Below are positions 1-8,780 of a stretch of DNA of 53,509 nt, in pieces. Positions within the stretch are counted from its first letter, which is position 1. Every line of letters starts with the position of its first letter. The notes under the pieces were generated by a model. It was given only the letters and a program-made list of their open reading frames with translations, had not been told where the DNA came from and made no database searches. Where the stretch lies: the IMG/VR virus record IMGVR_UViG_3300028045_000002, positions 1-53,509 of that record; one strand, given 5' to 3'. The position numbers and the translations under genes were made by a program. Origin of the DNA: a virus (taxonomy: Duplodnaviria; Caudoviricetes).

Positions 1-127
1 TATCGACTTCATTCTCCTAAAGAAATGCGCCTTTGCGTATTCAGGCATGTAGTGGGAGTTGTTGCCATCAGTAAACTTGAAAGCCTGAAATGCCACAACC
101 GTCTTATTGTCAACACTGACATCCGTG
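1..127. repeat. Exact 127-nt terminal direct repeat, copy 1 (circular contig overlap)
   Basis: tatcgacttc...acatccgtg at 1-127 is identical to 53383-53509. 127 is a common de Bruijn k-mer size, and an ORF reads in frame across the junction. Confidence 0.97.
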
Positions 128-3100
128 TTGAAGATCAGGAATGGATTACTGAAGTCGCCAAAGTCGTACTCGTAAACAACGTAATACTCTACATACCCAT
201 CAGTGGACCAGCTCACCTCTCCGGGGACTAGATCAAGATCAGGGTTTGATATCAGCATCACATTGATAAACAGGTTTGTCTTTTTTGTGCTGTCGTAATC
301 ACGCTGCTTCGTGAGTGTCGCCAAATTGTCGGTATAATCATAGTCAGATTCTGCAACAATGTTTGACCCGCCACCGCCCACAAGATCGTGCCATTCACCG
401 TGAACGGCATACTGATTGTGGAGCAAGTCCCAATGAGTTGACAGGGTTGTGGAAGCTACAACCGTAGGCGCATTGCCCTGCCTGAGCTTTATTGCCGCAA
501 GACCACCAGACTCCGTGCCACGCTTGAGTCCAGCGACAACCTCGCCATAAGGGATGACTAGGATGGTGACACGCTCAGAGTATGTCCGACTACCCTCGAT
601 AAGGTAAACCGCCCACAAGGAGATGTAGTAGCCAACTCCAGCAATTGCGTCTTCAAAGCGGTAGCTGATTTCCGACGTAAACTCTCCATCAACCCCGTCA
701 AGTGGCAAGCCATCATCGGGGCCAATTGGATAGGCCTCAGAATCGCTTGTGTTGTAACGTATCAATACGTGCTCAAGAAAGACGCTGTCGGGGGGAGACC
801 AGTAAAGCAGGAAAACATCCTCTTCAGCTTGAGCGCTGACACGAGTTGGTACTGGGCTGCCGAACAGAACGCCAGCCGTTGCTGGCTCTGAGTGGAAGAT
901 GTCAACATCGCCATAAATGGTCATGTTGAAAACGGAGTAGCTGTATGGTCCATCAGCCGGAACCGTGGAATCAACAAAGGTGCTATTGTCAGACGATATG
1001 TCGATGAGGTGAGTCCCCTCGTTCCATCCCGGAGGAGTGCCACCAATTATGCGGCGTATCCTCACCATGTAAGGCCACTCGCTAACCGGAGGAACCCAGC
1101 CAAGGTTCACATTGTCCCCATCAATCCCAGCAACAAGATTTGCCGGAGCTGGCGGAATAGTGTAGAAGGGTGAGTCATAACCTGTCGTTGTCCACATGTC
1201 GTAATTTTCGAGGACGATCTTGAACTGCATCACGTTGTTGTAGTAGATGATGCCGCCACCAGTATCCAGCAACTCCGAAAGATTTACATCGAATGACGTT
1301 AGGAGGTCGTCTGAATCAGCCTCTGACTGTGCAAGGAATAGGACAAAGTCAGCCTCGACAGACCTCTTGTAGTGCAGACTAATGCCCCTAGTGGCTGATG
1401 GCCCAGAGCCACCGTCAGCCCACTCTGTGTCATTGGCTGGCAAGGTCCAGCTGAGGGAGACTGTTGGGTTACCGCTTGCGTCCCAATCATACACATGCTG
1501 CAAGTCAATGTCTTCGGAAGTGAAGCCCCACGCCGGAGAGGCTTCAGACGTTATCGAAAGCTGTAGCGGAGAAGACGGCTGTTCTGCTGTATCGACAGCG
1601 TAAATGGAGTAGTAGTACAGGGTCGAGTACGCTGGAACGCTGTCAATGACTGACAAGCTTGTTGCTCCGGCTGCGGCATACGAGCCGGTAAATGGTGAGC
1701 CCTCAATCTCTGTCCCTGTTTCATAGGTCGGGAATCCAGTAGTGCCCCTAAAGATTCTGATGGACTCCAAGTCTTCATCAGCTGGATTGTCCCATTCCAA
1801 AAAGACTGTTAAGTCGTCAACTGAGATGGACCCGTTAAAGCAGGCTCCAGGCACATCATTCAGCTCAATCGTGTACTGGCCTCCAGTTGTGGCTATATTG
1901 CCAAAGTTGTCCTGATACGAGATGCCCCACCAGAATTCACCACCAGATGTCGATATGATCGGTAACATGATGTGGGGGTTGGCAACGACATCTGTAAACT
2001 CACCACTATCATCATCGCCCGGATAATCACCGTACCACCGCTCTTGAGAGAAGATGCCCCAGTGGGTGGCCTCCTTCCAGTCCGCCCAAGAAACCTGTTT
2101 GTGGCCAACATAATTAGTGCCAGCATCAGCGGGGACCGGAATTCGGCCAGCGGCAAACAGTGGGCCAGCAAACATGATCCAAACAGAGTCTATGTCATTT
2201 TCGCTTTCCGGCGGGAAGCTATTACGGTGAATCACCACACCATCATGTCCGGGAACGCCCATTGACAGGTAATGGAAAATTGAGACATCAGGGGCTGAAA
2301 CGTATCCATCGTCAGGCTGTGTATCTATATCGAGATCGGCAGCAGGCTTCCACTGGTAGAACGATTGAGTTGACGGAGTTCCATCCTTGGCGACAAGCCA
2401 CGCATTGAAGTAGTAAGTGGTGTCAGCAATCAAGCCTTCAAGAACTGAAGTCTCCTGATACTGATACATCGTTCCGTTATGGGGGATAAACCCCTGATGG
2501 GTTGATGACGGGTCATAGTCTTCGTTTATCGGCGTTCCAGCCCCAATGGTTGCCGGGATTGCCGATGTGGAGTACCTGATAATAATCCCGCCAAGGCCCC
2601 AATTCGGATCATTGTCAGGGTCGTTAAAGTTGACCTTTGGGAATGTGGTAGTATGCGTGATGCTGTAGAATGTGGACGATATCAGCTCAAAGTTTCCATC
2701 ATCAGAATCCTCGCCAAGGTAGCTCTCCCAATTCGGGGGATCGGCAGGTTCGTCACTGGTCACCAAGAACAACATTGTTTGCGGCTGATCTTCAATGTCG
2801 ACCGCAGCCATATCCCAGCGAGACACGGTTGTCGCAAGATCCACAAATCGCACACCCGCCGCCAAGCCGGTTGGGCTGGTGTCCAGCGAACGTAAATCTG
2901 TCCCAGACGTTACGTCAAAATCAAGACCAAGCACATGGGCCGAATAGTCTTCTGGGAAGCCAGCGGAATACGTCCTTGTCGGGCTATAGGCTGGAGTGTA
3001 TGCATGTTCTCCAGTTGCGAGCATGTCATAAGCCCACCAGTCAAGCTGCCATGTGCTGCCATTCTCAAACGGGTTGCCGGGAGCCATCAAGAGCCCGTCC

Positions 3101-4554
3101 CGCCTTGCGATGTACCTGACAAACCCCTGCTGCCACTGGACGGCACAGGTTCTATTGTTTGGCGATGGAAACTCATCAATTGGATTGGAAGTATCTGCGG
3201 CTTCAAGCAGCCGGATATCACTCAAGTCTATGTCGTAATAATCAAGCCTATCGGTTCCACCCGTTACGCCACCGGCTCCATCAGCTTCTCTGGTGATGAG
3301 AGGTATCGTCATATGGGCTCGCCAGCTATTGGCCCCATCATACAGATCGAAATATCGCCAAACTAACCCAATAACCTCATCGGCAGCATTGACCCCAAGT
3401 TGTGGCGACATCCTTCTGTCCCACCCGTTTATTCCTCCACGGTGAGTGATCTGGATTGGCAACGTGTCAGTTCCAGAGCCAGTATATGTCAAGCCGAGCA
3501 AGTTTCCTGCTGGGCTTTTTGCGGTGACCCCCATAAGGTCATCCCAAGTCGGATACCCAGCCCCTTCAACCCAACCAGCGTCTTCGTATTGAAACGAGAA
3601 AACTGGAACATGGGAAGCCCTAGGCCTGTGAGAACCGTAAGAGAATGACGACCTTGGGATTGGAGGTAAGCCGCCATCCCCGCCAACCCCGTCAACGTCT
3701 GTCGGCGGCTCCCACTCTTCGGGATCGTACCCGTGACCACCACCCGTTCCATACCACTGGAATGCGTCAGGGTGATTTCTTGCTGAATCAAGATTTATGG
3801 GTTCAAAGCCACCCGGAAAGCCACGAGCCGGGAAAGTCCCGCCACTACGTATCCACTCAACCTCTTCGTCAACAATAACCATGTGATCATGAACAAACCA
3901 TGCAACCCCATAGGGATCGGCTCCATTAAGCCTGAAGAGCAGTCTGTTGTGAGCCTCGATTGGGGCCTCTGTGAGTGACAGGTAGTCCTCTCTAGAGTCT
4001 ACGCTGGCGGCGTTTTCTGCAGACCTGAAGTTGTAGAAGAGCCAGTCGTCTCCGAGTCTGACCTGAGTCGCTGTTAGGGTGCCGTCAACATCATCGAAAG
4101 CAGCATCTCTCACCATCAATCCATGCCGATACGTTCTAGCATCAGGGCTTGCAGCTTCCCTGTAAGCCATGACCTGCCAGAAGAACGGTGATGTCCCACC
4201 TTCAAGCGTACCGGTCATCACAGGAAAGCTCCAGCGGAACACTTCAGCGGAACCGTTGTGGCCGACAAATACGTTTGAGATCATCTGCTTGTGGAATAAC
4301 CATGAATCATCTGAATGAAGCATATTGTTGTGCCCGCCACTTGGGACACGGAGAGTTCCAGCCTCATCGTCAATGTCGAAAGCTCTGTCGCTACCAAACA
4401 GTGCATCAGGATTCAGGAACCTTGTCCTGCGAGGGACAGTGAGGTCGTAGTTCTCCCCATACCACAGCATGTCTGGGGTAATATCCATCCTGCTGGCCCT
4501 TGTAACCATCCCTTTGGACCAGTCCGGAAACTGAAAGACCTGCTTTGTGGACAT
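1..4554 (-). CDS. 5' part of a ~2056-aa tail nozzle/stabilisation-type protein with Fn3-like repeats (continues across the junction into 51766-53382)
   Basis: ATG at 4554 with CAGGAG RBS just after the stop of 4557..4925. I read the frame by hand and found no stop from 4554 to 1; it is in frame with 51766..53478. N-terminus MSTKQVFQFPDWSKGMVTRASRMDITPDMLWYGENYD; internal WDNP..RIFRG..YYYSIYAVD repeats. Absent from the ORF track because it runs off the edge. Confidence 0.9.
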   Translation of the reverse strand, partial: MSTKQVFQFPDWSKGMVTRASRMDITPDMLWYGENYDLTVPRRTRFLNPDALFGSDRAFDIDDEAGTLRVPSGGHNNMLHSDDSWLFHKQMISNVFVGHNGSAEVFRWSFPVMTGTLEGGTSPFFWQVMAYREAASPDARTYRHGLMVRDAAFDDVDGTLTATQVRLGDDWLFYNFRSAENAASVDSREDYLSLTEAPIEAHNRLLFRLNGADPYGVAWFVHDHMVIVDEEVEWIRSGGTFPARGFPGGFEPINLDSARNHPDAFQWYGTGGGHGYDPEEWEPPTDVDGVGGDGGLPPIPRSSFSYGSHRPRASHVPVFSFQYEDAGWVEGAGYPTWDDLMGVTAKSPAGNLLGLTYTGSGTDTLPIQITHRGGINGWDRRMSPQLGVNAADEVIGLVWRYFDLYDGANSWRAHMTIPLITREADGAGGVTGGTDRLDYYDIDLSDIRLLEAADTSNPIDEFPSPNNRTCAVQWQQGFVRYIARRDGLLMAPGNPFENGSTWQLDWWAYDMLATGEHAYTPAYSPTRTYSAGFPEDYSAHVLGLDFDVTSGTDLRSLDTSPTGLAAGVRFVDLATTVSRWDMAAVDIEDQPQTMLFLVTSDEPADPPNWESYLGEDSDDGNFELISSTFYSITHTTTFPKVNFNDPDNDPNWGLGGIIIRYSTSAIPATIGAGTPINEDYDPSSTHQGFIPHNGTMYQYQETSVLEGLIADTTYYFNAWLVAKDGTPSTQSFYQWKPAADLDIDTQPDDGYVSAPDVSIFHYLSMGVPGHDGVVIHRNSFPPESENDIDSVWIMFAGPLFAAGRIPVPADAGTNYVGHKQVSWADWKEATHWGIFSQERWYGDYPGDDDSGEFTDVVANPHIMLPIISTSGGEFWWGISYQDNFGNIATTGGQYTIELNDVPGACFNGSISVDDLTVFLEWDNPADEDLESIRIFRGTTGFPTYETGTEIEGSPFTGSYAAAGATSLSVIDSVPAYSTLYYYSIYAVDTAEQPSSPLQLSITSEASPAWGFTSEDIDLQHVYDWDASGNPTVSLSWTLPANDTEWADGGSGPSATRGISLHYKRSVEADFVLFLAQSEADSDDLLTSFDVNLSELLDTGGGIIYYNNVMQFKIVLENYDMWTTTGYDSPFYTIPPAPANLVAGIDGDNVNLGWVPPVSEWPYMVRIRRIIGGTPPGWNEGTHLIDISSDNSTFVDSTVPADGPYSYSVFNMTIYGDVDIFHSEPATAGVLFGSPVPTRVSAQAEEDVFLLYWSPPDSVFLEHVLIRYNTSDSEAYPIGPDDGLPLDGVDGEFTSEISYRFEDAIAGVGYYISLWAVYLIEGSRTYSERVTILVIPYGEVVAGLKRGTESGGLAAIKLRQGNAPTVVASTTLSTHWDLLHNQYAVHGEWHDLVGGGGSNIVAESDYDYTDNLATLTKQRDYDSTKKTNLFINVMLISNPDLDLVPGEVSWSTDGYVEYYVVYEYDFGDFSNPFLIFNTDVSVDNKTVVAFQAFKFTDGNNSHYMPEYAKAHFFRRMKSI

Positions 4555-4556
4555 TG

Positions 4557-4925
4557 CTACTCCTGCGGATACCCGTGACCAAGGGCGGTCACATCCCTGT
4601 CTATGTTACTGGCGGCCTCTTTGCGGGCTCTCAAATAGTTCCGATCGGCAAGCACAGCCATCTTGGCATCGCCACCGGGGCGAAGCAGTGCCTTCGAAAC
4701 GATCCACTCCATCATTGCCTCTTCCCATTCAGGCCACACCTCCAGCTCCACATCATCTGCCGTGTCCGCAGAGGATCCGGATATCGCCAGAAGGTCTGGT
4801 GCCTTTTCAAAAAAGAGGGTCAGTGTTGAACCCTCAGATAGCGGTTGGAATGTCCCGATCTTTCGCTTTCCGTACCAGTACCAAAATTCTCCAGATTCTG
4901 TATCTGAGCAATTGATACCACTCAT
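4557..4925 (-). CDS. C-terminal half of a head-tail adaptor/tail-tubular-A-like ring protein
   Basis: WYWYGKRKIGTFQP..LTLFFEKAP..LEVWPEWEEAMMEWIVSKA parallels the C-half of 8127..8729 (IWTSLMGKVYGF..VDLDYIAEP..LSIPNGWEGIVIDYTVVKA). Confidence 0.65.
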   Translation of the reverse strand: MSGINCSDTESGEFWYWYGKRKIGTFQPLSEGSTLTLFFEKAPDLLAISGSSADTADDVELEVWPEWEEAMMEWIVSKALLRPGGDAKMAVLADRNYLRARKEAASNIDRDVTALGHGYPQE

Positions 4926-4933
4926 ACTGCCCC

Positions 4934-5185
4934 CTACCTAAGATTATCGACCTTTTCGCCAAGCTTGTTGATGGCCCCAAGTATGGCATCATGTTCTTTC
5001 GTATTCTGCAACTGCTGCGTTTCCAAGATGATTATCCGCTCCTTTGTGGCATGAACATCGACCTTGTCGGCCTTTCTTTCACCCCAAGCTCCAAGAGTAA
5101 GAAGCATGATTACCAGTGTTACGGTGGCAACCGTACCGGAGATTATAGAAGCAGCCTTGATGCTATCCCTTGCTACCGGGCTCAT
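4934..5185 (-). CDS. Small membrane protein (one TM plus coiled coil), holin/XhlA-like candidate, 83 aa
   Basis: Start reassigned to ATG 5185 (GAGAGGAAG RBS). Hydrophobic IISGTVATVTLVIMLLTLGAW followed by a heptad-rich tail. Confidence 0.55.
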   Translation of the reverse strand: MSPVARDSIKAASIISGTVATVTLVIMLLTLGAWGERKADKVDVHATKERIIILETQQLQNTKEHDAILGAINKLGEKVDNLR

Positions 5186-5216
5186 TCTGAACTTCCTCTC
5201 TACATGTCCGCCAGAA

Positions 5217-5504
5217 TCAGTCTGCGACCCCTTCAAGGTCGATAATCGCAGCCATCGAAGTCTTCTTGATTTGATTGCCATTGTACTCCACCCGTGTAAG
5301 CCGAATAAGAGTGCTTGGCACTGCAACGCACCCATCGGCATCTACAGTTAAGTCACTGGCGGTCTCCTCTCCTTGGCGAGTGTAAATTGTCAGAGCCCTA
5401 GAAGCCTGATTAATCATTGACCTTAGCTCTGCATCACCAAGGTTCTGGTTGACCGCTTCGGGGAGTCTCCCCCGTACAATCGTCATCATCTCAACTCTAG
5501 TCAT
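5217..5504 (-). CDS. N-terminal half of a head-tail adaptor/tail-tubular-A-like ring protein
   Basis: MTRVEMMTIVRGRL..DAELRSMINQASRAL..VAVPSTLIRLTRVEYNG is a typical adaptor N-terminus. Start overlaps the upstream stop. Confidence 0.65.
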   Translation of the reverse strand: MTRVEMMTIVRGRLPEAVNQNLGDAELRSMINQASRALTIYTRQGEETASDLTVDADGCVAVPSTLIRLTRVEYNGNQIKKTSMAAIIDLEGVAD

Positions 5505-8124
5505 TAGCGTCCTCCTTAGCGGCCTGATACGTCATCATGGCCTCTCGTAGCGACACCTCAGGGCCACCAGCCTTGCTCGAGGTTATCTGCCTGACCACAT
5601 GGTCAACCATGATCGGCCAGTACCTTGGAGGCAGCTCACATTGACCGCTGGCGTTAACGAATGCTGACTTAATGCGTCCATCACTGCCTATAAACCGTTC
5701 GGGATATTGAACCATTGTCAGTCTTAAATTATCAGAAGCATCCGGATCAAGTTCACCGGCAGGGTAAATGTAGAGGTGGTCGCCAGCACGAGACCAGACA
5801 TAGCCCTCATCGGCTATCTCTTCGTAGAAGTTGCGTCGCCAACCTGTAGCCCTCTGCTCAATCTCCAGCTGCTTCACGCCCTTGGCGTACTTGAGCGAGT
5901 TGGCAGCAGTATCTTCGTCTGCCGCAAAAGACACAGCGACTATGTCAAAGAATTCGTGATACACCTCAGTGCCAGTGTCGATATAGCTACCATCAGTCCA
6001 GAACAACCCATCAGGGCCAAACAACTTGATTTTGGTCAAGCCACCCTCAGCCTCAACAGTGGTGTCCGTTATCTTAATAGTTTCAGTATGGCGGACTTCT
6101 AGTTCAGGGATCTCCCCACCACCCAAGATCTGCACGATCTCACGTTGAGCTTCGTCCAAAAGACGGCTCAGGCGGCCCGGAGTGACCTGTGAGGCGGTTG
6201 CACCGATCCGGGTGTATATTTCCTCCCAGAAGTGTTCGATGCCGCTAGAGGCGACCAGAGGGCTTGTCGGTGCAACCGGATCGGACTCACCTGAAGATAG
6301 GTCGTAAGCTTCAAATGGCCCACAACAGATAAAGCCGGTGTCTGGATGAGTGTCGCCATCATTGATGGCGAAGTATGCCGAAGAACCCACGAGTGAAGAC
6401 GTGTCCCAATACCTCACTGTCATCCACGGAGATCCGGTTCCATACTCCTTGAATAGCAGCTGCCCTGATCCAGCATACATTGCAACGTAACATGTCTCAT
6501 CTCCAGCGCCTCCAACACGAACCTTCATCCTGCTGCCGGTGACAACAAACGTGTCGCTCACTATCCGGCCAACAAGTTGACAATAGTCCGGACCAAATGA
6601 AACTGTTTCCCATATATTGGGAGCATATCCACCAGTATTTATGAAGGAATTGTCGATTGGCCCAGATGATGCCGGGGCTTCTGGGAAATTCGTTCCGGGC
6701 CATCCACTGGCATTGTATCCAGAGGCAAGTGACCCCTGACTTAGGGCTGACCAGTCCTCAACCCAAGACTCGGGAATAGCCGAAACAAATTCCCAGTAAT
6801 CGTTCCTGATGTCTGATCCTGAAAAAGAGGCCGGTGGCTCAGTTGCTGGCGAAACAACATGGTCTACTATTGCCTTAAATTCATAGATTCCGGCAGGCAA
6901 CGTCCCAGACCAAACCGAACTGAATGTACATCTTGTTCCCCGTGGCCACGGGGAGCTGGATCCGGGTGGGAACCTGTACGGATCGCCAGCATCAAAGATA
7001 ACGGGCTGATAGTCAAACACGCTCCCGCTCACAACTGACCACTCACTAATCAACCCCATTGAGCCATCAATCGGCTCAAACCAATTGGTCACGACAGGGT
7101 CTAGTGTGTCGGAAAATTCGATTGAGCCAACCTTGTAATACTTTGCGTAGCTTCCGCCACGCCCATCATGACTTGTGGCAATCCACTCATCAAGAGTGCT
7201 GTCATAGTCAATTTCATTTGCATACCCAAGTGACGAATCGCTTAATATTGACGATACGAGATCCCAGTCCTCGTTACCGCCGACACATGGTGTATCTGCA
7301 CCAATATCGTCAATTCTCCACATGTAGGCGTGTGTCCAGACATAGTAATGGCTGCCAGACTTTATGATTCCCGGACCTTCAGGATTTATGGTAGCGTAAT
7401 CAATGAGGTACTTGTTGGCATGTATTGTCCACCCCTGCGTAAATGTACCAGAGGTAGTTGTCCACTCGATTAAGCCAGCCGCCCCCTGCCAAGTGCCGGG
7501 ATATTGGTAGCACATGAATGTCATGTAATACTTTCCAGAGTCTTCATCATGAAAGAATCTGGCATCCCTGTATGCCGAATAGTGGGACAGCGGTTTCCAC
7601 CAAAAATCGCCAGTTCCGTCCTCATTGTGGGCTTCGATATTGAATGGATTCGTGGCGGTGTCCCAGTACCAGCTGCTCATGTCATCGCTATAGGCGAATG
7701 CCAGCCACTCAGAGTGCTGCGGTGTCGGATCATTAACCAAAGTGCAGCACAAGACATAGCGCTTGTCAGTTACTGCCGTTCCATCAGGATCCCAGTTCGG
7801 GTTTTCGATACCACTTGGGGCAAAGATGAATGACGGCGTGAGCGAGTACCAGTTAGGCGCTGATTCGCCAGCAGCATCAACTCCAGTGGCAAACAAAACA
7901 TCGGGGTGTGCATACCAGTTCTTGAAGTCCCACGTGGAAAAGTGGGTAAGCCTCTCACCATAACCAGAGTCTGCATCCATCTTCTTAATTCCAAATAAGT
8001 GCCATTTACCATCAGCGTCTTGAAGCTTCGCATGGTCAGCCAAGTATGCGTCGTTATTCTCAACCTCCCAATTCTTGTACAGGAGCCCTTGGTTGAAAGT
8101 CCATCGACGTAATGTCTCAGCCAT
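5497..8124 (-). CDS. Virion protein: GH32/GH43-like five-bladed beta-propeller plus beta-sandwich, fused to a C-terminal adaptor-ring domain
   Basis: DHAKLQDADGKWHLFGI, IFAPS, YRDARFF (RDP-like) and EGPGII motifs; a GRIVSDTFVVTG..VRVGG domain. C-terminal EIYTRIG..LSRLLDEAQREI..HLYIYPA..ELPPRYWPIMVDHV is adaptor-like. Confidence 0.7.
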   Translation of the reverse strand: MAETLRRWTFNQGLLYKNWEVENNDAYLADHAKLQDADGKWHLFGIKKMDADSGYGERLTHFSTWDFKNWYAHPDVLFATGVDAAGESAPNWYSLTPSFIFAPSGIENPNWDPDGTAVTDKRYVLCCTLVNDPTPQHSEWLAFAYSDDMSSWYWDTATNPFNIEAHNEDGTGDFWWKPLSHYSAYRDARFFHDEDSGKYYMTFMCYQYPGTWQGAAGLIEWTTTSGTFTQGWTIHANKYLIDYATINPEGPGIIKSGSHYYVWTHAYMWRIDDIGADTPCVGGNEDWDLVSSILSDSSLGYANEIDYDSTLDEWIATSHDGRGGSYAKYYKVGSIEFSDTLDPVVTNWFEPIDGSMGLISEWSVVSGSVFDYQPVIFDAGDPYRFPPGSSSPWPRGTRCTFSSVWSGTLPAGIYEFKAIVDHVVSPATEPPASFSGSDIRNDYWEFVSAIPESWVEDWSALSQGSLASGYNASGWPGTNFPEAPASSGPIDNSFINTGGYAPNIWETVSFGPDYCQLVGRIVSDTFVVTGSRMKVRVGGAGDETCYVAMYAGSGQLLFKEYGTGSPWMTVRYWDTSSLVGSSAYFAINDGDTHPDTGFICCGPFEAYDLSSGESDPVAPTSPLVASSGIEHFWEEIYTRIGATASQVTPGRLSRLLDEAQREIVQILGGGEIPELEVRHTETIKITDTTVEAEGGLTKIKLFGPDGLFWTDGSYIDTGTEVYHEFFDIVAVSFAADEDTAANSLKYAKGVKQLEIEQRATGWRRNFYEEIADEGYVWSRAGDHLYIYPAGELDPDASDNLRLTMVQYPERFIGSDGRIKSAFVNASGQCELPPRYWPIMVDHVVRQITSSKAGGPEVSLREAMMTYQAAKEDAND

Positions 8125-8126
8125 GA

Positions 8127-8729
8127 TCAGCCTCCGACCAGTTTGGCTATATTCTCAAAGCCTTGGAACCGTTTCAACCCTTGCAGGAATATGTCCCAGA
8201 GGAGCTTGCCCTGCTCAGGCTCTTCGTCTTTCATCTTGGCCTTAACGACAGTGTAGTCAATCACGATGCCCTCCCACCCGTTAGGGATAGAGAGGTTGGT
8301 CGAAACCCAGACGGGCTCAGCGATGTAATCGAGATCTACCGCCTCACCGCCAAGCTCAAACCCGTAAACCTTACCCATGAGAGATGTCCAGATCCTGTTG
8401 CCAGCAGAGTAGGCGGAGCCACTGTAGAAGGCTTTGATCTGGGAGAATTCATCAGGAGCCTTCTCTTTGAGCAGGTCTCCAGAGGTTGAACCAGAAACCC
8501 TCACGATCTTCATCGAGTCGGAGGGGAGCGAAACTGGAGAGGCTTGACTACTCAGCCTCGTCAAGACGCTCTCGATGGCGTAGACGGGAACCATGGGCAA
8601 GAACATTCGAAGGCAGTCCAATGCCCAAGCATCCATCTCGTCCTGTTCGGCGGATGTGAAATCACCAGAATCGAGGTCCATCCCAGATGCAACCCCGTCA
8701 TAAAGATTAGATTGTGTGAGCTGTCCCAT
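8127..8729 (-). CDS. Head-tail adaptor / tail tubular protein A-like
   Basis: Directly after the MCP; 200 aa; SLPSDSMKIVRV and IPNGWEGIVIDYTVVKAKMKDEE pattern; CAGGAG RBS. Confidence 0.7.
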   Translation of the reverse strand: MGQLTQSNLYDGVASGMDLDSGDFTSAEQDEMDAWALDCLRMFLPMVPVYAIESVLTRLSSQASPVSLPSDSMKIVRVSGSTSGDLLKEKAPDEFSQIKAFYSGSAYSAGNRIWTSLMGKVYGFELGGEAVDLDYIAEPVWVSTNLSIPNGWEGIVIDYTVVKAKMKDEEPEQGKLLWDIFLQGLKRFQGFENIAKLVGG

Positions 8730-8746
8730 AACGCTCCTGTTGGGTC

Positions 8747-8768
8747 AGGGGGAGCCGAAGCTCCCCCT
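8747..8768 (-). terminator. cUUCGg stem-loop after the major capsid gene (terminator/stabiliser)
   Basis: Minus strand AGGGGGAGC-TTCG-GCTCCCCCT; no clear U-tract on the minus strand. Confidence 0.5.
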
Positions 8769-8780
8769 TTCCCAGTCGGT

